A DNA stretch of 64,000 bases from Octopus sinensis. Taxonomy: Eukaryota. Positions 1 through 11,840 of this stretch are shown here, in pieces; position 1 is the first letter of the stretch; each line of letters starts with the position of its first letter. The translations under genes and the position numbers were made by a program. Location: assembly GCF_006345805.1 (NCBI RefSeq), contig NW_021830465.1:1137-65136 (forward strand), in the 5' to 3' direction. Under the pieces are notes generated by a model. It had not been told where the DNA came from, did no database searches, and saw nothing but the letters and a program-made list of their open reading frames with translations.

Positions 1-631
1 GATAGATAATAGATGATAGATAGATAATATAGATAGTTAATAGATAGATATGTGTGTGTTTGCATATATGTATAAATCATTGTTTGTGCATATGCCCTCA
101 CCCTCCTCTTCACAACGGGTGTTGCTTTGTTTACGTCCCTTAAATCAGCGATTCGACATAACTCTAGAATAAATACTAGAACTAAACAGTTAGTACTGGG
201 TTCCATTTAACAATCCAATTATGCCTGCACATGTAGTAAGAAAAAAAAATTAAATAAAAGACAACCAACCGAACTCCACGAGCGGGAACTCAGAACATAG
301 AGATACAAAAAAAAATTGTGTAGCAAATTATAGAAAAATATGATGCAACAACTGATCTATTCAGCTTCTCTGGCCATCTTAGAGCTGGAAATATATAAAC
401 AACACCAGAAAAAAACAATCACATGACCTAGAGAATACAGACACATGATGCCACATGACGATATTGCATATAAACCGAACTCAATCGGGAAAAACCGAAC
501 CAAGTCGAAATGTGCCGCTTTCAATCGAATCATTATCCATCTTGTACAAATCCCAGGGGTTTTCACCTCAATCGTCTGCTTTTCATCGATGATTGTAATC
601 GATTTTCGTTCAGCAGCATCAGCAGTGGCAG

Positions 632-632
632 C

Positions 633-667
<35 letters not shown>

Positions 668-899
668 CAGTAGCAGTAGTAGTAGTAGTAGCAGTAGCAG
701 TAGTAGTAGTAGCAGTAGTAGTAGTAGTAGTAGCAGTAGTAGTAGTAGTAGTAGTAGTAGCAGTAGCAGTAGTAGTAGTAGTAGCAGTAGCAGTAGTAGT
801 AGTAGCAGTAGTAGTAGTAGTAGTAGCAGTAGTAGTAGTAGTAGTAGTAGTAGCAGTAGCAGTAGTAGTAGTAGTAGCAGTAGCAGTAGTAGTAGCAGC

Positions 900-940
<41 letters not shown>

Positions 941-941
941 C

Positions 942-976
<35 letters not shown>

Positions 977-1277
977 AAGTAGTAGTAGCAGTAGTAGCAG
1001 TAGTAGTAGTAGTAGTAGTAGTAGCAGCAGCAGCAGTATAGTAGTAGTAGTAGTAGTAGCAGTATTAGTAGTAGTAGTAGTAGCAGTAGTAGTAGTAGTA
1101 GTAGTAGCAGTAGTAGTAGTAGTAGTAGTAGTAGTAGCAATAGTAGCAGTAGTAGTAGTAGTAGTAGTAGTAGTAGCAGTAGTAGTAGCAGTAGTAGTAG
1201 TAGTAGCAGTAGTAGCAGTAGTAATAGTAGCAGCAGTAGTAGCAGTAGTAGCAGTAGTAGTAGTAGTAGTAGTAGTA
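632..1277. repeat. Long compound (AGT/AGC)n trinucleotide microsatellite
   Basis: About 640 bp of GTA repeats with interspersed GCA. Explains the poly-V/S/L/Y ORFs in the track. Confidence 0.97.
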
Positions 1278-1749
1278 GGTGGAGGAGGAGGAGGAGGGGG
1301 GGTTGATGTCGTTATTGTTATTTATGGAGACAGTCTCACGATTTGCTTGGTCGTTTATCATGGTTATGTTTGTGGTTGCTGTTGTGATTGTCTTCATCGT
1401 TAATGGCAGTAATGGCAGTGGTAACCGTGGTTGTGGTGGTTGTGGTGGTGGTGGTGCTGCTGCTGCTTCTGGTTTTAGTTGAGGTTTTGCTTTGGTAGTT
1501 GTGCTTGTTGTCTTTGTAATGGTGATGTTGTGGTGGTGGTGATGGTGGTACTTAAGTTCGTTATTATTCTTTTATAATGTTATATCTCTTTTTGTTCTGG
1601 CAGCTCTCGTTGTTCCTGTTGTTGTTGCTGGTGTTGTTGTTGTTGTCGTCGTCGTCGTCTTCTTCTTCTTCTTCTTCTTCTTCTCCTCCTCCTCCTCCTC
1701 CTCCTTCTTCTTCTTCTTCTTCTTCTTCTTCTTCTTCTTCTTCTTCTTC

Positions 1750-2037
1750 CAATCAGGACTCATGCCATTAGCCACAAAGAATAATCTCTAATTCGAGCCT
1801 ACTCTAAGCTACTAAGAATACATGTGGTAACTTGAAAATCCACCCACCACACGAGATAGACTGGCGGTTGCACGGACGCAAAAGCTATGTTGTTATCCTC
1901 ATTCTGTAAACGGTGGCTTTTAACGTGTGGAGAGCTGAACCATCCTGGAGTACAGAGGATTCGCAATCTAGACTAAGGTCTGAATGTTTACCACACCAGG
2001 GTTCCTCTGCTTTTGTGGCAGAAGTAGAAAGAAAGAG
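1750..2037 (-). mobile_element. 5'-truncated copy of tRNA-headed SINE, (GAA)n-tail subfamily
   Basis: Near-identical to 20875-21150 and 59841-60140. Adjoins a (TTC)n tract at about 1660-1749, i.e. a (GAA)n tail on the minus strand. Confidence 0.85.
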
Positions 2038-2779
2038 TATCCTTCCGTTTTTAAAAAGGTAGAGTATGGTTTGAGTGATGTTTGGCTGCTGTTTTATGCA
2101 TGTCGTGCGAGCACATAGATATTCTATCTTTTGCAATAATATTGTTATTGCTATTATACTATTATAGTTTACCTCACCGTTGCTGTGTTGTTGATGTGGT
2201 CGTTGTCGTGATTGTAATTGTCGTTGTGGTGGTCGTGGTTGTCGTGATTGTGATCGTTGTTTTGGCTGTTTTGTTTATCATGATCGTAGTCATTGTCGTA
2301 GCCGTAGTTCTTGCTGCTGTTGCTATTGGTGTTGCTGCTGAAGCTGATCTTATTGTTGCCTTATTTGTAGTTATTGTAGATGACTAATAAACATCTGTTC
2401 AACAACATGCTAACAACCAATACATTTAAAGGCAGACACTGACGACTCGCGAACCATCGTGTAATACACCTACGTAAAATGACTCTAACCAACACTTCCG
2501 AAATGGCTAGCTGCATACATTTCCTTTTACTCTGGCTCACTCGATACAGTCAAATCCCCTTTTGTCATCCTTACTGCACTATTGACTCAAGTCATTGAAT
2601 GACCAATAGAGGCTTTCTTAATTGTGAAATTTTCATAGGTGCATCGTAAAGATCCCATCGTATTAGCTTGACACAGAAAATTTGCCACACATACCTGGCC
2701 AATCAGACGATGCAGAAATGAAGCAAACAGAATGGTTTTGTTAAATTCTTTAATCGTCGTCCGGGAACTAGTACTTATC

Positions 2780-4867
2780 AACCCCCAAAATGATTACAGG
2801 CGAAGTTGATCTCGCTGGATTTCGAACATTACGAGCTGGAATAAGTAACGCAAAGTAATTTGTCAAACACTTCAGCGATTATTCTAATCTGTGCCACTTT
2901 ATTGATGCCATATTCAATCGATGTGGGAAGACTAAAAGGCAAAGTTGACCTCGGCGATATTTGAACTCAGGGCGTCAAGAATTATAACAAATGCTGCAAA
3001 GTATGTTGCTTAATGATCTAACGATTGCGCCGGTCCACCGTCTTAGTTACTTTATATTATCGGTACTGGAAGAATGAATGACAAATTTAACGTCGATGGT
3101 ATTTGAACTCAGAAAATAGAGAACTATATAGAATGCTGCAATATATTTTCCTCAACGCTTTAACGATTCAACGTATCCGCCATCTTATTCTATTTAATTG
3201 AATCTGAAAGAAAAAAAGACAAATTTGACCTCGATGACATTTAAACTTAGGAAATAATGAGCTACAAGAAATGCAGTATATCTATTGTCCGAAGGATTAA
3301 CAATTCTGCCAACTAGCTATCTTCTAACAATTATATTAGCTACCTTTTTCTATCAAATTGCCGCCTTTTCTAACAGTTCACCATTTTGCCAAGTTGTGTT
3401 ATTACCTCTGAAACCCTGAATTAAGCAACTACTACTCCTTCCTCCTCAGAACAGCTTATAGCGAGCGATTACTACATTTCCATCAATGTTTTATCAGGAG
3501 ACACCACACGCTTAATGTTCAAAATTAACACCAACCACATCATTATCACCAAGGTATGAGATTTCATTAAGGTCGTGGCTTTTGTTTCCTCCACTTCCTG
3601 ACCAAAATTGTTAGCGCTGTTGTTGTTACTTTTTAACCCCTGGTCGTCCCTGCAGGATTAGAGCTGACAATGAAGACGTTTCATTAATTCAATATATCTA
3701 AGTCTACCTTGTTGAAAGCATTCTACTACCTCAACTCTGTACGATGCGTTTCGTTAGAGATTTGGTTGCTAACTTTAGCAGGTCTAGTGACCTCATAGAG
3801 GAAATGCCTTTGTTGTTATTAATTATTGTCATGTTTAAGGCGTCAACCGTGCAGAATCGTTAGTACGCCGGGTGAAATGCTTAGCGACATTTCGTCCGTC
3901 TTTACGGTCTGAGTTCAAATTCCGTCGAGGTTGACTTTATCTTTCACCCTTCGGGGTGGATTAAGTAAGTGCCAATTGAGTACTGGGCTCGAGGTTATTG
4001 ACTCACCATTTCCACCGAAGTTGTTGGCACTGAACCAAATTTTGAAACTGCTATTTCTATTAATTAAAGGTATCGAGTTGCCGAATCGCTAGCATGCCGG
4101 ATTAAATGCTTTCAAGCATTTCTTCGGGCTTTACATTCTGAGTTCAAATACAGCCGAGGCTGACTTTGACTCTTATCATTTCTGAGTGATAAAATAAAAG
4201 TATTAGTTGACTATCGAGGTCGATGTAAATAACTAGCCCCTCCCCACAAATTTCAGAGCTTGTGCCTATGTAAGAAAGAATGAATATTGTTATAGTCTTC
4301 GATAGTGGTGGGATGGAGATAGCATGATAATTGTATGAATAATTACAGAGACATCACAGATGCTATATGATGTTGTTGTTGTTGCTGTTGTTTAACCCCA
4401 GGTCAACACTGAGCAGGAGCGGATATATGATCAAAATTATTCCAGCTGTAACCATCCCCTCTTTTTACCTTTTGTACACAACAAAAACCAGGAACACATT
4501 ACCCAACGTGTCAATTTTTTAATAATTTTTGAAGATGTAAAACTCCAGGAAGACTTAGTTGCTATTTCTAGCAAGCCGGGGTGCCAGATAGACGTTCTCT
4601 TACTTACTTGTTCTGTTGTCAGCAGTGATCGTAACAGTGTTACTTGTAGTGTTCTTTCTACACCCACCTCAATTCTTTCGAAAGATAATTGAATAGCCGT
4701 AAGCTCTCACTGCTATAATGATTCAGAATTAGTATTATTCAGAATAACATGTAGGATATGATATCATCTGCTTATAGGATATCATCTATAATGTATATGT
4801 GATGTCACACATATACGTACATATGCATGTACGTATGTATGTATGTACGAATGCATGTATTCGTACG

Positions 4868-4898
<31 letters not shown>

Positions 4899-5185
4899 TG
4901 TATGCGTGTGAGTGTGTGTGTATATATACATATTCATTATGAGGATATCGGAACATCTCGAAACGTACGCAATGGGATGGATAATGATTTAGAATTTTCA
5001 AATTTTTGCACATGCCCAGCAATTTTAGGGTGGGTGGGGCTAAGTTGACTACATCGACCTGACAATTATATTATGCTCACCTGACAATTATTTTATCGAA
5101 TAAAGGATGAAAGACAAAATCGACCTCGGCAGAACTTGAACCCAGAACCTAAAGACAGGCGACATTCGGGTCAGCATTTTGTCCA
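2780..5185. mobile_element. Cluster of degenerate copies of abundant SINE family A, both strands
   Basis: Repeated GAGTTCAAATTCC B-box and gactttgcctttcatcctttcggggtcgat core at about 2800, 2940, 3100, 3220, 3830-4030, 4070-4280 and 5040-5185. Confidence 0.75.
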
Positions 5186-5187
5186 GC

Positions 5188-5330
5188 CTGATTCGTTTTG
5201 CGCCAAAATCATGGCAGCCACGAGTGTGAAAATAATTTTTCTTCGTTTTTTCTTCTAGTGAATTAGTTGCTCTCTATTGAAATTATTTTCACACTGGTGG
5301 CTGCCATGATTTCGGCGCAAAGCGAATCAG
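5188..5330. mobile_element. Small fold-back, MITE-like element
   Basis: About 50-bp inverted arms (ctgattcgttttgcgccaaaatcatggcagccac... and ...gtggctgccatgatttcggcgcaaagcgaatcag) with a few mismatches, around a spacer of about 40 bp. Confidence 0.6.
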
Positions 5331-5819
5331 TTGCAGCGCCGACTTCAACGTGATGGGTTGGGGTTCTCTGTCATGGTAACATGTGCTGAGGTAGGTGAGG
5401 CTGTAATGTCAGTCCAGAAACCGGTCCAACTGAGTCCAAATCCTTGAATGTATGCTGAGAGATTGTCTTAGAGCGTTTGTCTTTGGACGGTTGGTTTCTG
5501 TAGTTATTATCAGTGTAATTTTGGCGATTTAAATAAGAGTTTTTACTGTTATTTCCAGCAGGTAGACATACTTAGTATGATCTTTGATTAATTTTAATCT
5601 TTCACCTCTTCAATGTTTTTTGTGGTGGGGGGGGGGTGCAATCACCTGTATTATTGATTCTGTTATTATCATTTATAAATTGTTACACTAGATAATAATA
5701 GATTCAATATCTTCGCAAATTATTTTCCCGTGAATTATTTATTTAATATTTCTTGTGAGCTTTGCTCCATATTGATATATATATATATATATATATATAT
5801 GTGCGTGTGTGTGTGTGAC

Positions 5820-5850
<31 letters not shown>

Positions 5851-5982
5851 GTGTATGTGTGTGTGTACTAATGTTTGTTTTTATGGTGTTATGATAAAAA
5901 CATTTGATGGGTTACTCAATGATTCTGTAGAGTACAAATTTGTTATTCTCTTAAACAATAAAAAAATATATATATAAGAAGA

Positions 5983-6023
<41 letters not shown>

Positions 6024-6511
6024 TATTACTCACGTAAATGTCCACAACTCATTATTATTATCGTCATAACAAAATATAATTCGCAGAACTATACACGAGA
6101 CGTCCGCATGAGATTGAACATGTATACAGTTCTACCATGCAAATTAGATTTTGCTATGACGATCACACTGATGAGTTGCGGACAATTACGTAAATGATAA
6201 CAACGAAATCGGGTTTGTGATTAAACTTTATATTTTGTGTCTTTTTTATTTGTCTTGGTCGCTTACGTTCTGGTATTTGTTAAATTTTCTTGAGAACAAT
6301 CCTTTCTTAGTGGTAAGACCATAGGGGGTCTACTTCTAGCTTAATGGATGTCCATTTAGTGGTAATCTCTTTTATATGTATGTAATATAATTTTTCTGAA
6401 TCTTCGGATTTTTCAATATGCTAGACCACTGGTTTTAAATTGATATTAATCAAATTAATATTCAATGTTTTACCCTTATTGTTTTAAATTATATATGAAT
6501 GCATGTATACA

Positions 6512-6566
<55 letters not shown>

Positions 6567-6575
6567 TTATACATA

Positions 6576-7356
6576 AACGATGCGATATCAAAAATGTCCC
6601 TGGATTACTTCTGTATTGCCCCAACAGATGACAGCCCACGGTTGCTAGCAGGGATTTTCATAAGGCAGTGTGTCGACTAGCGTCGCAGTGTTCACTTCAG
6701 AAGTGAAATTTTTACTTTCGTCATTACATTTATGCTGTAGCCTGCAATTTTTGTCATGGACAGGAAGTTGGAACAAAAAGCCAACATAAAAGTTTGCATT
6801 AAACTTGTGAAGTCTGCTACAGAGACATTGAACATGCTTTGGCAAGATTACTGCGAAGAGGCAATGGTATGTACGCAAGGTTTCGAGTGGCACGGACGCA
6901 TGACGCAGCTCAGTCTTGTATATCTACATCACTTTCGTTCGACATCTTCGATATTGTGTACCGAAAAACCATTCCCCCAAGGCCAGAATGTTAGTTTAGA
7001 GTAGTACTGTGACGTTTTGAAGCGTTTGGAGGCGGTCATTCGGCGATAGCCTCGGGATCTCTGCAGCCCGAATAATTGGATCTCTCACAACGACAATGTA
7101 CCCTGTCACCAAACTCTCCTCTCTCTTTTTACTCTTTACTCTTTTACTTGATCTGTCATTTGACTGTGGCCATGCTAGAGCACCACATTTAGTCGAGCAA
7201 ATAGACCCCAGAACTTATTCTTTGTAAGCCTAGTACTTATTCTATCGGTCTCTTTTGCTGAACCGCTAAGTTACAGGGACGTGAATACACCAGCATCGGT
7301 TGTCAAGCGATGTTGGGGGAGCAAACACGGACACATAAACATATACACGCACAAGC

Positions 7357-7389
<33 letters not shown>

Positions 7390-7917
7390 CTATATATTAT
7401 ATATATATATGTACATATATACGACGGGCTTCTTTCAGTTTCCGTCTACCAATCCACTCACAAGGCTTTGATCGGCCCAGTAGAAGACACTTACCCAAGG
7501 TGCCACGCAGTGGGACTGAACCCGGAACCATGTGGTTCGTAAGCTAGCTACTTAGCACACAGCCAATCCTACGCCTATAGGAGTGAATTTCTTGCAAAAA
7601 CAACCTGGTATCGCTCCCGTAGCCGCCCCATCCACCAGATTAAGCACCCGCGGACTTACGTCTCCTCCTCGAGATGAAAATGCAGTTCAAAGGTCACTAG
7701 TTTACCACAGTTGTCGAGATCCAGAGCGAATCTCAAAAAGTTGTAGACTCGCTTACGGAAAACGACTTAAGGCTGAATTCCAAAAGTGGGAAGAACGCTG
7801 GGACCAGTGTTTTGATTCGTAATGTGAATATCTTGTAAGAGCTGATTTTTAAAATTAGCTAAGTAGGTTATTTTTTGTTAAACATAACTAGTCCTGGAAC
7901 TTTTTGATGCCACCTCG
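6576..7917 (+). mobile_element. Internally deleted, decayed mariner transposon interrupted by a SINE
   Basis: N-terminus MDRKLEQKANIKVCIKLVKSATETLNML at 6756. Catalytic-region remnants IPQGQNVSLE*YCDVLKRL and HNDNVPCH at about 6970-7110. C-terminus FQKWEERWDQC at about 7780. Imperfect TIRs 6576-6606 and 7889-7917, followed by TA. Confidence 0.85.
7125..7578 (-). mobile_element. SINE family B (tRNA head, CORE-like block, internal TA/TG microsatellite), full length, nested in mariner
   Basis: Head ggcgtaggattggctgtgtg...ccgggttcagtccc. CORE-like gcaccttgggtaagtgtcttctact. Tail (agtaaag)n. Homologous to 48316-49072 and 60775-61178. Confidence 0.88.
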
Positions 7918-8999
7918 TATATCAGTACGTCAGGGTAAACAGATCTGTTCTATAGTCGCTTCACATTTAACTAAATTCCTACACACACGTACAAATTATT
8001 ATGAAATTACTTAATTTAGGTAAACAACAGTATAATTTAACTACTAATAACTCTTTCTGCTATAGGTACAAGGCCTCAGATTTTGTACAACTGATAGCTA
8101 TTTGATCGACCCGTAAGGATGAAAGGAAAATTCGACCTCGGTAGAATATGAACGCAAAACCTAAAGACAGACTAAATACCACTAAGCATTTTTCTCCGAC
8201 GTGTTAACGATTCAGCTAGCGCGTCCCCGTAATCTTTCTACTCTTAATATTAAAAGAAATACTTCAATGACTACATTTTTTAGTAAATAAAGTATTTGTA
8301 TAATGCTAAATACATTTTTTCCAAATTCCAAAAACGAGATTTTGAGGCTTCTGGTTACATGTTAGAAATTTTGAGAGTTCATTTTGATAATTTTATCACT
8401 GCCTAATATTATGCTTAATGTTTCTTGCAAGCACAGTTTAGAGGCTTTTGAGTATGAATTATGGGAGTATACATTTCATATCTCTAACGAAGTCGTGCAA
8501 TGCTGTATTGTATCTTTATCTGTTTGATGTTTCATATCCACCCAGCAAGTGATATGCATTGTCTGTTGCAGATGTTCCTAAATGATGCAGCATGGGTCCT
8601 CCAGCTATTCTTGAAACTATCACTCTTTGCACTTATATATGCATATATATATATATATGTGCACCTGTTCTAACAGTACGTTTTTAAGCAGTGTTGTAAC
8701 GTAAACACATGATTGCCAGAGGACATACTTTCTTATTTTTACAATTACATTTTTTCTATCACTATTTGCAACCAGGTTACTACTTGTATTCATCTGTATA
8801 ATTTCCTTCTTAGTGGCATTATTGTTGTTATTGTTAGTATTTCTATTTTCATTGTTGTCATTACTATGATTATCTTCGGTGTTATTATTAGTAGTGCTTG
8901 CAACATTACTGTCGTGACTTATATTAAAATATATTTTGTATAGATGTGTGTGTGTGTACAGAAAATGTTTAGATACAGAATGCGAAGTGTATATGAGGC

Positions 9000-9420
9000 C
9001 ATATTTAAAAATTCCATAAAACAACTCTAGTTTACAATAAACGAAATATACTTTCATTAAAAAAAATTGTGTACTTCTATATAAGATTTCTTATGAGATG
9101 ATTCTAATGAATCTGACTTCAGCTTCGATGAGTGTTCCAACGTGGGACCAAAATCGTTGATATATCTATACTAAATGGCCCTTATTCGTTTCGGATATCT
9201 TCTGCGCTATCTAAAGCTATGATATTGTGAATATGTTGATTAATCTCCTTCCCAATAAAGCTCAAAACAAAATAGTCCATAGATTTAAATCTGGTGACTT
9301 TGAAGGCTACAAGTTTAGTGGGACATGGCTGTAAAAAGTTGTCTGTAATGAGTCTTGTTGAAACACGTGTCGCATTCCACTTCATACTTCATCCATCCAA
9401 GTTTTAACAAGTGTTTCCAA
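9000..9420 (-). pseudogene. Tc1/mariner-superfamily (maT/DD37D-like) transposase C-terminal remnant
   Basis: With frameshifts reads HVFQQDS...PSKSPDLN(P)MDYFVLS, typical of the second catalytic D and the SPDLNP motif. Confidence 0.55.
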
Positions 9421-9772
9421 CAATTCAATGTATCCAGCAGCAATAATTCTAAAACCTGTGCAGTTGGCAGAATCGTTAGCACACCGGGAAAAACGCTTAG
9501 CGGCATTTCGTCTGTCTTCACTTTCTGAGTTCAAATTTGGGGTTGATAAATTAAGTACCAGTTAAATACTGGGGTCAAAGTAATAGACTAGTCTTCCCAT
9601 TGAAATAATTCTAAAACTCTGTAGAAAATCGTGAGGTGCCAGAACATGATGTTCATCACTAACCACCCCTATAACACAGATGTTAGAAACTGCACGTAAC
9701 CATTTGTCATTTATCTTGTTAGAATTTTGATCGAAGGTTTTCTCATCATGTATGTATGTATGTTATGTATGC

Positions 9773-9827
<55 letters not shown>

Positions 9828-10149
9828 ATGTATATACATGCATACGTATATATATATATATATAGTATATATATAATAATATATATATATATATATCAGA
9901 GACGGACTCTCCTGAAGAAGACGATGTATGAGTATTCACCAAGACAAAAAAGTCCAACAAAATAGATAATCAACAACACACTTTAGTATATTGCTGCTAT
10001 TCACCAATCTCTATAATTCGCTCACATCACACACATAGACATACACGCACGCACACACGCGCAAACACATGACTATATATATTTATGCATATATACGTAT
10101 ATGTAGATTTGCATACATGCTTACATATTTATATATACACACTGCTGTA

Positions 10150-10960
10150 ATCAGCCAGGAGCTTATTTTATTTCGTGCCTTGTATATTGGTCAGGGCATT
10201 TATTTTAGTATTGTATTGTGCTCTGAGTATTGCGTCAACCATCAGTCATTTACTTTTGTAGGGAATACTATAGAACATAAAAGTGTTGTCTCCTAATATT
10301 TTCCTATGAAGTTTTGTTCCGTGTCGTGTGACTTAGAAAATTGCAATTAATCTTTGTTGTAAACGCATAGTGAACCGACACGAGCGCTTAGTACTTTTAT
10401 GACCAATATAAGTGTCAACTCAATATCAGTATACATTCATATTTGCAATCGAATTTATATACAACAATGGTCATTTTATCCCGTTGGTTGGTTTGGTTTA
10501 CATTCTTGTAGTTTGTTATGAATAAGGTTTTTAATATTAATGTTTTTGTAGTACATTGTCAATGTTCATTTTATGGTTTGTTGTAAGGTGTTTTGTGATC
10601 TCTGTTTTACGAGGTTTTTGACGATGTGTCCATCTATGCTAGAGTTCATACGCATTTGATTCATAAAATATACATTATGTGTAAGGTCTTGTCTATTTGT
10701 TTCAATATATTTCATCCTAAATTGTTCTATTGTTTGGTCTCCTTCGTTTCTAAGGATAATCGCTAATGACCAGTACTTGTTTCACCTTGTAGGATGAATA
10801 TCCAGTAATTCGTTTCTGGACGAGAATCTCAATGCTTTCTTAATAATAATTTTATCATTGATGTTTCATATCTGTGGTAGATATTCGATATTTCCGTGTA
10901 AGTATATGTACGTATATGATTCATTCGGGCAAACGGACTGGACATATCTTAGGTTATCCA
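10150..10960 (-). pseudogene. Decayed Penelope-like retroelement: RT-thumb/linker plus GIY-YIG endonuclease
   Basis: Manual translation gives VYFMNQM...LTMYYKN...NLIHNK, then VVYKFDCKYEC...TYIGHKSTKRSCRFTMRLQQ...LMVDAIL, matching the VVYxxxC...YIGxT GIY-YIG pattern. Several stops and frameshifts. Confidence 0.72.
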
Positions 10961-10973
10961 ACTGAATGCAGTC

Positions 10974-11026
<53 letters not shown>

Positions 11027-11232
11027 AATACACAGTATTATAGATTACCAACCGAATTCGCACCGGTCAGCAGATACAGGAGAATTACTACATAGACGTG
11101 TTTTCCATAGGTAGCAGTTAAGGAGAAAACATGTTGACTGCTTTGTTATTAGTGGTGAGAAAAAGTCACGTCATTTTGTTGGTGTTGTATATATATATAT
11201 TATATATATATAATATATATATATTATATATA

Positions 11233-11278
<46 letters not shown>

Positions 11279-11286
11279 TATATATG

Positions 11287-11322
<36 letters not shown>

Positions 11323-11379
11323 AGTGTGTGTGTGTATAGATAGCTAGATAGATAGATTGATAGATAGATAGATAAATAG

Positions 11380-11410
<31 letters not shown>

Positions 11411-11419
11411 GATAGATAG

Positions 11420-11456
<37 letters not shown>

Positions 11457-11620
11457 TGTTTCTTTATTAGCCACACAGGGCTGCACACAGATAGAACAAA
11501 TTACAAGGTAGAGCTTTTGCTTTTGAAGGTTTAAAAAAAAAAAAAAAAAAAAAAAAAGGAAAAGGGGAGTTTCGATCAAAAGGGATCGTAAAAGGAGAGA
11601 AAGAGGACAAAAAAAAGGGG

Positions 11621-11658
<38 letters not shown>

Positions 11659-11802
11659 AGAGGAAAAAAAAATTGATCAATAGGGATCGTTATCACAGAA
11701 ATGTCAATATGAAGTGTAAAGGGGAGGACAGGTGAGGTTTACCCGTGGAAAGAAAAGCCTACGGAAAAGACCACGGTAACCTCGGTCAATGAAGTCACAT
11801 TT

Positions 11803-11840
<38 letters not shown>

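Noticed and set aside
445-1403. Long ORFs (poly-V, poly-S, poly-L/Y)
   Set aside because: They arise from stop-free frames of the (AGT)n microsatellite. The same applies to the ORFs over TTA, TA, CA and GAA tracts throughout the window.
3340-3600. Possible RTE endonuclease remnant (RYKLF*GG, minus strand)
   Set aside because: Only one short motif is recognisable, which is too decayed to call.
8573-8680. Acceptor-like ttgcag followed by MFLNDAAWVLQLFLK
   Set aside because: No downstream donor, the frame runs into a TA repeat, and I recognise no homology.
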